Source: Candidatus Woesearchaeota archaeon (GTDB lineage Archaea > Nanobdellota > Nanobdellia > Woesearchaeales > BM511). Taken from it: a stretch of DNA of 41,905 nt. A program made the position numbers and the translations under genes. Below are positions 18,986 through 27,894 of this stretch, piece by piece. The notes under the pieces are model-generated. The model saw nothing but the letters and a program-made list of their open reading frames with translations. It had not been told where the DNA came from and did not search any database. The DNA is taken from NCBI GenBank assembly GCA_023266675.1, contig JAHFPP010000004.1, positions 1 through 41,905 on the forward strand, given 5' to 3'. How positions within the stretch are numbered: the stretch's first letter is position 1; every line of letters begins with the position of its first letter.

Positions 18986-20260
18986 TCAAGGTTCAAACGC
19001 TTTTAATTTCTTGAAGTTTAGCGTTGCGAAGTAATCATCTTTTGTTTCTGCGCGGCGTATTTCAACTATGCTTCCATCTTCTCGTATGAGCAGTTCTGCT
19101 GACCTTAATTTTCCGTTGTAGTTGAACCCCATTGCGTGACCATGAGCGCCTGTGTCATGTATGACTATTATGTCTCCTCGCTCAATTTCAGGAAGCATTC
19201 TGTCAATTGCAAACTTGTCATTGTTTTCGCACAGGCTTCCTGTGACATCATATTTATGTGTTGGATTTGCTTTTTCCTTGCCGACAACTGTTATATGGTG
19301 GTATGAACCGTAAAGCGCTGGTCGCATCAAGTTTGCCATGCACGCGTCAATCCCTACGTAATCCTTGTAGATATGCTTTAAGTGTCTAACTTTTGAAACA
19401 AGGTAGCCGTATGGTCCTGTGATGAACCTTCCGCATTCCATAACTATTTTTAATTCCTTGATTCCGTTTTTAATTATGATATTCTGATATTCTTCCTTGA
19501 TTCCTTTTGAGATTACATCAAGATCAATTGGTGACTGGTCAGGTTTGTATGGTATTCCAATTCCGCCGCCAAGATTGATGAATTCAATTTGTATTCCAAG
19601 TTTTTCTTTTATCTCAACAACAAGTTCAAAAAGCATCTTAGCTGTTTCAACAAAGTATTCTTCCTTAAGCTCATTTGACGCAACCATTGTGTGAAGGCCA
19701 AACCTTTTTACGCCAGATTCTTTTAGCATCCTGTATCCTTCAAAAAGCTGTGATTTTGTAAAGCCGTATTTTGCTTCTTTTGGGTCGCCAATTATTGCGT
19801 TGCCTACTCTTGCAGGGCCTGGGTTGTATCTAAAGCATATTAATTCAGGAAGTCCTGCTGTCTTCTCTAAAAAAGGGATGTGGTTTATGTCGTCAAGATT
19901 TATTACAGCGCCTAGTTCCTTTGCCTTTTCAAACTCCTCAATTGGTGTGTCGTTTGATGTGAACATTATTTCTTCACCTGTTATGTCGACCTCTTCAGCA
20001 AGAAGCAGTTCTGGTAGTGAGCTGCAGTCTGCACCCATGCCTTCGTCTTTTAGAATTTTCATGATGAACGGGTTTGGAAGCGCTTTTACGGCAAAATAAT
20101 TCTTAAATCCTGGCATCCATGCAAAAGCCCTGTACATCTTTCGCGCATTGGCCCTGATTGCTTTTTCATCATAAACGTAAAATGTTGAAGGATACTTTTT
20201 AATGAGTTCCTGTATCTGTTTCTTTGTTAATGGAATCTTTTTCTCAATTTTCTCAGCCAT
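18986..20260 (-). CDS. lysA: Diaminopimelate decarboxylase
   Basis: FAVKALPN (PLP Lys), NLGGG, ECGRF, GSLCENND, GAHG. Confidence 0.95.
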   Translation of the reverse strand: MAEKIEKKIPLTKKQIQELIKKYPSTFYVYDEKAIRANARKMYRAFAWMPGFKNYFAVKALPNPFIMKILKDEGMGADCSSLPELLLAEEVDITGEEIMFTSNDTPIEEFEKAKELGAVINLDDINHIPFLEKTAGLPELICFRYNPGPARVGNAIIGDPKEAKYGFTKSQLFEGYRMLKESGVKRFGLHTMVASNELKEEYFVETAKMLFELVVEIKEKLGIQIEFINLGGGIGIPYKPDQSPIDLDVISKGIKEEYQNIIIKNGIKELKIVMECGRFITGPYGYLVSKVRHLKHIYKDYVGIDACMANLMRPALYGSYHHITVVGKEKANPTHKYDVTGSLCENNDKFAIDRMLPEIERGDIIVIHDTGAHGHAMGFNYNGKLRSAELLIREDGSIVEIRRAETKDDYFATLNFKKLKAFEP

Positions 20261-20364
20261 TTTAATCCTCCTATACTAATATAATATTAGCTCTCAATTC
20301 GTCTTTATTGATTGTAATAAACATTTTTTAAGGTCAATTTAAGTATCCTTTGTTTAAACATTGG

Positions 20365-21453
20365 TTATTTTAGGTATCCTTTTGCTTTTAAAAGCTCGGC
20401 GTTTAGTATTCCGCCGCCAGCAGCCCCTCTTATTGTGTTGTGTGAAAGCCCGACAAATCTGATGTCAAAGACGTTGCATACCCGAAGGCGCCCAACACTC
20501 ACTGCCATTCCTTTGTGTAAATCCCTGTCTTTTCTTGGTTGCGGCCTGTTCTCTTCTTCCATGTAGACAATTGGGTTAGTTGGCGCAAACGGGAGATTTA
20601 GCTCCTGCGGAACTGATTTGAAGTTTTTCCATATTTTCTTAATCTCATCAATGCTTGGTTTTTTGCTTCCAAATTCAAGGCTTACGCATGCTGTGTGCCC
20701 ATCAATCACCGGCACCCTGTTGCAGTGAGCTGATATTTTAATTGACGTGTCTGAGACTATTTTATCACCGATTATTTTTCCAAAAATCTTTTGAGGCTCA
20801 TTCTCAGTCTTTTCTTCCTCTCCTTTGATTAATGGAACAACGTTATCAATGATGTCAAGTGATGCGACGCCTGGATACCCTGCGCCTGACACTGCCTGCA
20901 TTGTTGTTATGAATATTCTTTTTATTTCGTATCCTGCATTTATCAATGAATATACAGGCGTGAGGTAGCTTTGTATTGAGCAGTTTGGTTTAACTACAAC
21001 AAATCCTTTTTTCCATCCGTGCCTTTTCTGCTGCGATTTTATTATCTCAATATGATTGTGGTTTATTTCAGGTATTATCATTGGCACATCATACGTTCCC
21101 CTGTGGGCTGACGCGTTTGATATTACTGGAATATCATTTTTTGCGTACTCATCTTCAAGCGCTCGTGTGAGTTCCTTGTCTATTTCAAGCGCTGAAAAGA
21201 CAAAATCAACTTTTCCTTTTGCGTCATTTACTTTATTTGCGTCTTTTACAATTAAGTCTTTTACGTTTGATGGAATGCTTTTTGACATCTGCCATTTTCC
21301 TTGTACTGCGTCAGAGTATTTCTTTCCTGCGCTTGATGGCGACGCTGCTACGTACACGACTTCAAACCATGGATGATTATCTAAAAGCTGAATGTAATTT
21401 TGCCCGACCATTCCTGTTGCTCCAAGAATGCCGACTCTAAGTTTTTTTACCAT
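20365..21453 (-). CDS. asd: Aspartate-semialdehyde dehydrogenase
   Basis: GATGMVG, PNCS, MQAVSGAG, CNRVPVIDGH, HNTIRGAAGG. Confidence 0.96.
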   Translation of the reverse strand: MVKKLRVGILGATGMVGQNYIQLLDNHPWFEVVYVAASPSSAGKKYSDAVQGKWQMSKSIPSNVKDLIVKDANKVNDAKGKVDFVFSALEIDKELTRALEDEYAKNDIPVISNASAHRGTYDVPMIIPEINHNHIEIIKSQQKRHGWKKGFVVVKPNCSIQSYLTPVYSLINAGYEIKRIFITTMQAVSGAGYPGVASLDIIDNVVPLIKGEEEKTENEPQKIFGKIIGDKIVSDTSIKISAHCNRVPVIDGHTACVSLEFGSKKPSIDEIKKIWKNFKSVPQELNLPFAPTNPIVYMEEENRPQPRKDRDLHKGMAVSVGRLRVCNVFDIRFVGLSHNTIRGAAGGGILNAELLKAKGYLK

Positions 21454-21490
21454 TATTTTTTCACCTTAATTTATTTTAATGTTTTAAGTT

Positions 21491-21679
21491 TTATTTTCTA
21501 CTTATTGAAAACGGAATGTCTCCACATGCCCAGTTTGTTTTTGGAACGTCCCGAATTATTATCTGAACGTTCTCTTTTTTTACGCCAACTTTTTCAAACG
21601 CTTTTGCGATTCCTATGAAAAGTTTTTCTTTTGTTTTCTCGTCTCGTCCTTCTAACCAATCAATTTGTACAAATGGCAT
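21491..21679 (-). CDS. 4-oxalocrotonate tautomerase family protein
   Basis: 62 aa; begins MP (catalytic Pro1) and contains LEGR; GAGGTGA SD. Confidence 0.88.
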   Translation of the reverse strand: MPFVQIDWLEGRDEKTKEKLFIGIAKAFEKVGVKKENVQIIIRDVPKTNWACGDIPFSISRK

Positions 21680-21767
21680 AATTTCACCTCATTATTTTTT
21701 GTGGGTTTCAACCCGCCTTGTTTTGGTCAAGCTTTTCTTAAAATGTTGTGGCATTTAGTTCACATCC

Positions 21768-22670
21768 TTAAATCAATTTTAATTCTTTCATTGCTTTTTT
21801 TAGTTCGTCTCTGTTTTTAGAGCTCATTTCGCAAAGCGGCAGCCTGTATACTTCTTCGATTTTTCCCTGCATTGAAAGCGCTGCTTTTATTGGAATCGGA
21901 TTTGTCTCTATGAATTCGGCTTTAAAGAATGGCTGGAGTTTTTTATCTAATTCTTCTGCTTTCTTGAAATCTTTTTTTAGCGCATAGTCAACCATTGTTG
22001 AAACTTCTTTTGGTATTATGTTTGCAGCAACGCTGATTAAGCCGTCGCCTCCCATTTTTACTAATTCAAGCGTTATGCCATCATCGCCTGAGAAGACAAA
22101 AAAGTCTTCTGGTGTCTGCTTTATTACATCCTTTATCTGGTTTAAGTCTCCTGATGCTTCTTTGACGCCAACAAGGTTTCTGCAGTCTTTGATTAGGCGA
22201 AGAAGTGTTGGTGTTTCAACATTTACGCCAGTCCTTCCTTTTATATTGTAAAGTATTACAGGGATTTTTACTGAACTGCATATTGCCTTAAAATGCCTGT
22301 AAAGCCCTTCCTGAGTTGGCTTGTTGTAGTAAGGATTTACTGAGAGTATCATATCTGCGCCAAGCGCTTCTGCTTCTTTTGACAAATCAATTGCCTCTCT
22401 TGTAGAGTTTGAGCCTGCGCCTGCTATTACAATTACTCTTTTGTTTACAGCTTTTACTGTTTCTTCAATTACTTTTTTATGCTCTTCATCAGACAGTGTT
22501 GGACTCTCGCCTGTTGTTCCGCACGGAACGATGCCTCTAACTCCATTTTTTATCTGAAATTCTATGAGTTCCCTTAATCTTGTGTAGTCGACGCTTTCAT
22601 CTTTTTTGAAAGGAGTGACTATTGCTGTATGGACTCCTTGAATATTTTTTAGCTTTAAAGATGCTGCCAT
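21768..22670 (-). CDS. dapA: 4-hydroxy-tetrahydrodipicolinate synthase
   Basis: GTTGES, PYYNKPTQ, LYNI, GVKEASG, SGDD, ETNPIPIK. Confidence 0.96.
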   Translation of the reverse strand: MAASLKLKNIQGVHTAIVTPFKKDESVDYTRLRELIEFQIKNGVRGIVPCGTTGESPTLSDEEHKKVIEETVKAVNKRVIVIAGAGSNSTREAIDLSKEAEALGADMILSVNPYYNKPTQEGLYRHFKAICSSVKIPVILYNIKGRTGVNVETPTLLRLIKDCRNLVGVKEASGDLNQIKDVIKQTPEDFFVFSGDDGITLELVKMGGDGLISVAANIIPKEVSTMVDYALKKDFKKAEELDKKLQPFFKAEFIETNPIPIKAALSMQGKIEEVYRLPLCEMSSKNRDELKKAMKELKLI

Positions 22671-22671
22671 T

Positions 22672-23421
22672 TTATCCCCCTATTATTTTGTCCATTAAAT
22701 CGTTGATTGTATAAAATCCTTTTTTTCCGTTTAAAAACTCTGCTGCCATCACTGCGCCTTTTGCAAATCCTTTTCGTGTTCTTGCAGTGTGAGTGAGTGT
22801 TATCGAGTCTGCATCTGAATCAAAGGTAATCTCATGAATACCAGGTATCTTTCCGCCTCTAACGCTTGATAGCTGTATTTCGTCAGGTTTAATCTGGCGC
22901 TCAAGCATTGTGTAGACTGCTGTTTTTTTGCGTTCAATGTTGTTTAGGAGTATATCGCCTATCATTTTCATTGTTCCTGAAGGTGAGTCTGCTTTTTTGT
23001 TGTGGTGGTATTCAACGCCCATTATATCATAGTCATCAAGATTATTTGCTACTTTTGCTGCCTCTTCAATTATCTTAAAGAACATGTTAACGCCTATTGA
23101 GAAGTTTCCTGACCAGATACACCCTATGCCTGCATTTTTGACCATGGATTTTACGTCACTCATGTGCTCGTACCATCCTGTCGTGCCTATCACAACGTTC
23201 TTTTTTAGTTCGCAGTATTTTTTTATGTTGCCCATAATAACTGATGGATGAGTGAAATCTATGCAGACGTCTACATCATGTAATGATTCTTTAGTTATCT
23301 CCTTGAATTTTGCGTCCTTTGTGTTTGGGTCGATTGTTGAGACAACTGTCACTCCTCTCTCTTTTGCAGCTTCCTCAATCATCTTTCCCATCTGTCCATA
23401 TCCGACTATTGCTATTTTCAT
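22672..23421 (-). CDS. dapB: 4-hydroxy-tetrahydrodipicolinate reductase
   Basis: GYGQMG, IDFT, GTTG, NFSIG, EYHHNKKADSPSGT; ATG at 23421. Confidence 0.96.
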   Translation of the reverse strand: MKIAIVGYGQMGKMIEEAAKERGVTVVSTIDPNTKDAKFKEITKESLHDVDVCIDFTHPSVIMGNIKKYCELKKNVVIGTTGWYEHMSDVKSMVKNAGIGCIWSGNFSIGVNMFFKIIEEAAKVANNLDDYDIMGVEYHHNKKADSPSGTMKMIGDILLNNIERKKTAVYTMLERQIKPDEIQLSSVRGGKIPGIHEITFDSDADSITLTHTARTRKGFAKGAVMAAEFLNGKKGFYTINDLMDKIIGG

Positions 23422-23498
23422 TAGTTCCACTCCCTTAAATTTATTTTTTCTTGAACAATCCGAATTTTTTATTTGAATATATCCTGTTTTGATTAACC

Positions 23499-23590
23499 TT
23501 TTAGGTTTTCTGAGGGTTTACCCGAAGGTATCGCTTCAGCGAAAAACCGGTTAAAACGCTTGAAAAGCTTTGCTTTTCTGCGTCCTAAAA
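23499..23590 (-). repeat. Multi-hairpin palindromic element between lysC and dapB
   Basis: TTTTAGG...CCTAAAA outer stem enclosing TACC-CGAA-GGTA (cUUCGg on the minus strand), TCGCT-TC-AGCGA and GAAAAGC-TTT-GCTTTTC. Confidence 0.6.
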
Positions 23591-23616
23591 AACAAAAACG
23601 TTTTTTATGAGGTTAT

Positions 23617-24957
23617 TTAAAAAAATTCTTTGTATATTATATTTACAGCTTTTGCAGAGTCTTTCTGGTCAATGCCAACAATTGTGCTTATCTCTGACGC
23701 ACCCTGGTTTATTATTTCTATATTTATTTTTGCCTTTGCAAGCGCTCCTGTTACCCTCGCTGAGATTCCTGGCGTTCGTTTAAGCCCTATTCCAACTACT
23801 GATATTAAACATTTGTGCTGCTCAACTGAAACAAGGTCAGGGTTCAGGTTTGATTTTATCTTTGAGATTATCTCTTTTGTGAGTTCTGGCGTTAGCTGCG
23901 TCTCGTCAAGTATCACTGAAATGCTGTCAATTCCTGAAGGTGAGTGCTCATATGAGAGTCCGCTTTCCTCAAATATTTCAAGTAGGCGCCGTCCAAACCC
24001 GACTTCCTGGTCAAGCAGTATCTTTTCAACGTTAAACACGCAAAAATGGTTTCGTGATGCAACTCCAATTATCGGCTCTGATGTTTTTACCTGCCTTGAG
24101 TTTACTATGAAAGTTCCTTTTTCACTTGGATTGTTTGTGTTCTTGATGTTTATTGGAATTTGCTTGTGCATTGCAGGTATCATTGCTTCTGCATGAAACA
24201 CCTTGAATCCCATATATGCTAGTTCCCGTATCTCTTTATAGGTTATCTCCTCTATCTTCTCAGGGTTTTTTACGATTCTTGGGTCTGCTTTTCTTATTCC
24301 GTCCTGGTCAGTCCAGTTCTCATACACCTTTGCGTGTATTGCTGACGCAAGTATTGAGCCTGTAAGGTCTGAGCCTCCGCGTGAAAACGTTGCTGTCTTG
24401 TTGTTTTTTGTTTTCCCGTAAAACCCCGGGAACAAAACAACTTTTTTTAATTTTGACAATGAATCTGATATGTTTTGGTATGATTCCTTTAGGACTTTTG
24501 CGTTTCCAAAATCTTCGGTTACATAAAGCCCGACGTCGTCTGGCGTCATGAAAACTGAGGGTATTTTTGCTTTGTTGAAATATTCGGATATAACTTTTGC
24601 GTTTGAGTATTCCCCCCATGACTTGACAAGGTCTTCGTACTGTTTTTTCTGGCTGACGCCAGACGTTATCCTTGATTTTAGCTCATTAAGCGCTTCGTCG
24701 GTTGTCTTTTTTATTGAAAGGTTTGCTCCTATCTCGTCATATATCTCCTTTATTTTCTGAAACTCTTTTGATGGGAAAATTTTTGTTTCAAAATATTTCT
24801 TTGCAGCATTGATTAATTCGTCTGTAACTCCTTTTGGAGCAGAGACTACAACAACTTTTCTTGACTTGTCTGCACGAATTATCTCGGCTATTTTTTTTAT
24901 TTGTGAAGAGTTTGCAACTGATGAGCCGCCAAACTTGCACACTATAACATCATTCAT
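23617..24957 (-). CDS. lysC: Aspartate kinase
   Basis: KFGGSSVA, VVVSAP, RGGSDLTG, ADPR, C-terminal ACT domains; first gene of the lysine operon. Confidence 0.94.
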   Translation of the reverse strand: MNDVIVCKFGGSSVANSSQIKKIAEIIRADKSRKVVVVSAPKGVTDELINAAKKYFETKIFPSKEFQKIKEIYDEIGANLSIKKTTDEALNELKSRITSGVSQKKQYEDLVKSWGEYSNAKVISEYFNKAKIPSVFMTPDDVGLYVTEDFGNAKVLKESYQNISDSLSKLKKVVLFPGFYGKTKNNKTATFSRGGSDLTGSILASAIHAKVYENWTDQDGIRKADPRIVKNPEKIEEITYKEIRELAYMGFKVFHAEAMIPAMHKQIPINIKNTNNPSEKGTFIVNSRQVKTSEPIIGVASRNHFCVFNVEKILLDQEVGFGRRLLEIFEESGLSYEHSPSGIDSISVILDETQLTPELTKEIISKIKSNLNPDLVSVEQHKCLISVVGIGLKRTPGISARVTGALAKAKINIEIINQGASEISTIVGIDQKDSAKAVNIIYKEFF

Positions 24958-25005
24958 GAATACCCCTCTATCTCTTTGATATTGTTAAGATAAATTTCAG
25001 ATTCT

Positions 25006-25053
25006 TTAATAACTTTATGTTATTAATATAACAAATTACTCATAATTTGTTAT
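25006..25053. promoter_or_regulatory. Palindromic operator-like sites upstream of lysC
   Basis: TTAATAAC-TTTAT-GTTATTAA (25006-25026) and ATAACAAATTA-CTCA-TAATTTGTTAT (25028-25053). Confidence 0.55.
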
Positions 25054-25173
25054 TAATCCAATTATTAAGAATTTCAAATTAGTAATAATTTTATCAAAAG
25101 CCACACGACTTAATTTTAAAGACAAGAATATTGCTGTTACAATGATTAAATCTCTTGTTGAATCGTCAGTCAT
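25036..25173 (-). pseudogene. Truncated paralog (N-terminal 41 aa) of the membrane-anchored protein at 30365-31279
   Basis: MTDDSTRDLIIVTAIFLSLKLSRVAFDKIITNLKFLIIGLI aligns without gaps to MVDNSTRDLIIVITIALSLSINKAVFDEIREVLKFLVIGLI, then TNYE-stop. Confidence 0.85.
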
Positions 25174-25437
25174 TACTCATGCACCTTTAAATCCATAACA
25201 ATTACGAGCCTCACAAACAATAAAAGCCGAACTCGGAGATTGTATAGCAAATCGTAAACATAACTATCCTAAACGATTATGAAAACAATATAGAACTGAG
25301 CCTACAAAATTGCATAAATTTACACAAAAGTGTCAAAATTAGTGCAAAAATGTAACCCACAGAACAAAAAGTGTACCGAAGGTAAGGAATAGCAATGTTT
25401 TTTATCCTTTAACTTCCCTTTTGCCCAGATTCATTAT

Positions 25438-25734
25438 CTAAAAGAATAGGTGATACCTATAAATTAAAAATAAAGGGATATATATTATTACCAAACCAAT
25501 TCCAATTAGTTCCAATAATCTTTGTTTTGCATATTTTGGTCTTAATTCATTAGGAATTTCTGGAAGATTTGGATTAAAGTAATATCTAAACCAGAATGTG
25601 AATTTTCTTTTTCTGCCAAATTCAGGGCATACTTTTAAAGTATAATTAAATAAATGCAAACTTGAAAAACGAACATAAAAAACATACAACCCTAAACAGA
25701 TTTCATATATCATTAATAATTTATTCATATCCAT
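25438..25734 (-). CDS. Putative immunity protein (2 TM) for the orphan RHS tip
   Basis: 98 aa with two hydrophobic helices, directly downstream of the RHS C-terminal cassette. Confidence 0.6.
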   Translation of the reverse strand: MDMNKLLMIYEICLGLYVFYVRFSSLHLFNYTLKVCPEFGRKRKFTFWFRYYFNPNLPEIPNELRPKYAKQRLLELIGIGLVIIYIPLFLIYRYHLFF

Positions 25735-25774
25735 TTTAGTCTTAATACCTTTTCTATTTAAATATTTTTTTAAT

Positions 25775-26458
25775 CTAGCAAAAGCGTGCCGAATGAGTAG
25801 AGCAATAATCCTTATAATTTAAGGGAACATTATTCTGGTAATTATTGTTTGTATTCCCGTTTGAATTGCTTTGACCACTAGTACCACTGGTTGAACCTGA
25901 TTTGTCATTATTATTTACTTTAGAACTTTCATCTATTTGACTGATATAATTATGAAATACATTATATGTAAGTTCAGTTAAGATAGTATAAAAAATGGAT
26001 GGGTCAGGACGCATTGATTCAGTTAACAAACTCGTACTCATTGAATCTACTTGGTTAAGACTTTCCGTCCTTTTTGAATCTTTATTTCCAGCAATTGTAT
26101 TGAGAGTTGAAGAAACAGTACTTACCTTACCTAAGTCTTCATCAATTTTAGTATCTTGCGAACTTGTTGTAAAGGTCGAACTTATTAATTTGGTAAGACC
26201 ATAACCTGCTATAACAATACCACCAACTAATATTACTGCACCACCCACAGCAAGTACTGCACTTCCCCCAGCTGCAACCGCAATTCCGTAACCAAGATAA
26301 GCAGCATACCCGCCTTTTGCTAAATCTAACAAACCAAATAATGCACCCTTTAAAGCATGTCCACTCGGGTCAATGTATCTGTATGGATTCGACCTCTCAA
26401 AATTATAACGATTTAACATCTGCGGGTCATACACATTTTGAATCAAAGTATCAGGTTG
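25775..26458 (-). pseudogene. Orphan RHS core end plus C-terminal toxin-like cassette
   Basis: Begins QPDTLIQNVYDPQMLNRYNFERSNPYRYIDPSGH just after TAG TAA; followed by a Gly/Ala-rich hydrophobic domain. Confidence 0.82.
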
Positions 26459-26510
26459 TTACTAATTCTGAATGTGTATGAAGTCCTTTTGTATGATAAG
26501 AACCATTAGG

Positions 26511-26528
26511 TAACCTATCAATAGGTTA
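26511..26528. promoter_or_regulatory. Perfect palindrome TAACCTAT-CA-ATAGGTTA, candidate operator
   Basis: Lies between a minus-strand TATA (26541-26550) and an ATG at 26506, near a divergent wHTH gene. Confidence 0.5.
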
Positions 26529-26729
26529 AATTGTGAGTTTTATATTTAAACTCATCTTTTTTAATAAAAAAAGAGCCTACCTCACCCAAAATCGTTAAAG
26601 CTAGTCAGCCATCTTTGGTTTTGAGCTATTACTATATTTTGTCAGGTATGACGACACATATTTAAATGTTACTAATATGTTACTTATATGTTAATATTAT
26701 TTATATCTAGCCGTTACGCTCAGGTTATT

Positions 26730-26987
26730 ATGGAAAAAAACTTCATAGTTGTTATGAAAAGTAAGATAAATTATGAAATATTGAGACAATTAGACGAAAA
26801 ACCATTAATACCAATTATGTTATCGAAGGCATTAAAAAGACCAAGACCGAGTATAAGCAGAGCATTAAATGAATTGGTAGAACATAATCTTGTCAAGTGT
26901 GAGAATCCTAAAGACAAAAAATTCAGATTTTACAGCATAACTTCTATAGGGAAAGATGTTTTGAAAGAGGCAGGAAAATATAATTAA
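26730..26987 (+). CDS. ArsR/MarR-like winged-helix transcriptional regulator
   Basis: LSKALKRPRPSISRALNELVEHNLV...FYSITSIG; ATG at 26730. Confidence 0.85.
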   Translation: MEKNFIVVMKSKINYEILRQLDEKPLIPIMLSKALKRPRPSISRALNELVEHNLVKCENPKDKKFRFYSITSIGKDVLKEAGKYN

Positions 26988-27006
26988 GAATTATTTTTTT
27001 AACAAT

Positions 27007-27894
27007 TTAACATTGTAGCATTACTGCATTATCTGTTCTTGAGAATATTCCAGACATCACAAGTGAATTTAATTTTTCATTAAATTTTATGTCAGATATT
27101 TTGTTGAATAAGTTTTCATAAATTTTGTATAAATTATTAATATCTATAGAAACCCTATTTATCTTCATATTATCTGACAAATATAACATACAAGCAATTA
27201 TATCAACATAAGGTTTTAAGTGTCTTATCCCTAATTCATGGATTATATAATCATAGTTATTGCTTAAAACTTTAGATATTGCTTCTTCTACTGCTAAATT
27301 ATGTGCTTTTTTATTTTCTTCTAATAATTTTTTAAATTTGTTGGATGCTTTTAATTCTCCTTTACTATTAAACTCTGCCATATCTGAATCGACAAGCAAT
27401 TGAATATACTTTTCATATTTCTTATCTGATTCTATCATTCTTGTAAGTTTATCTTTTTTTATAACATCGTCATAAACTAATTCATTAAGAAGTACATAAA
27501 ATTTATTTAAAAATGCGGAAGTAGTGTGTATTGATTTTAATATTTGAATCATGATTTTTTTATTCGATATTACCTTGTTAAACAAATTATTTCTTAGTTC
27601 AATAAACTCATCATTAATCGCATTATTAATTTCTTGCAAAGGAAGTTTTAAATCTTCCCCTTCTCTTACATCTGCTCCATATATATTCTCGAAATAGATA
27701 TTTCTTATATATACCTTTTTTGAGTTTTCATCAATAACATTAAAAATTTTGTTGTAATTAAAATAAACTTTGTAGTTATTATTTCCTAACTCTTTTACAT
27801 CACTTACATTTAGACGTACACCATATTTTTTTAAGGTTTGAAAATTAAGTGATTGTTTAAAATTCTCTATCCTGTTATCAATTAATAAGCTCAT
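27007..27894 (-). CDS. Hypothetical protein (possible wHTH-like segments)
   Basis: 295 aa, very AT-rich; ATGA overlap with the upstream peptidase gene. Confidence 0.75.
   Translation of the reverse strand: MSLLIDNRIENFKQSLNFQTLKKYGVRLNVSDVKELGNNNYKVYFNYNKIFNVIDENSKKVYIRNIYFENIYGADVREGEDLKLPLQEINNAINDEFIELRNNLFNKVISNKKIMIQILKSIHTTSAFLNKFYVLLNELVYDDVIKKDKLTRMIESDKKYEKYIQLLVDSDMAEFNSKGELKASNKFKKLLEENKKAHNLAVEEAISKVLSNNYDYIIHELGIRHLKPYVDIIACMLYLSDNMKINRVSIDINNLYKIYENLFNKISDIKFNEKLNSLVMSGIFSRTDNAVMLQC

Noticed and set aside
24958..25060. Lysine riboswitch upstream of lysC
   Set aside because: The leader is too short and AT-rich, with no L-box features.
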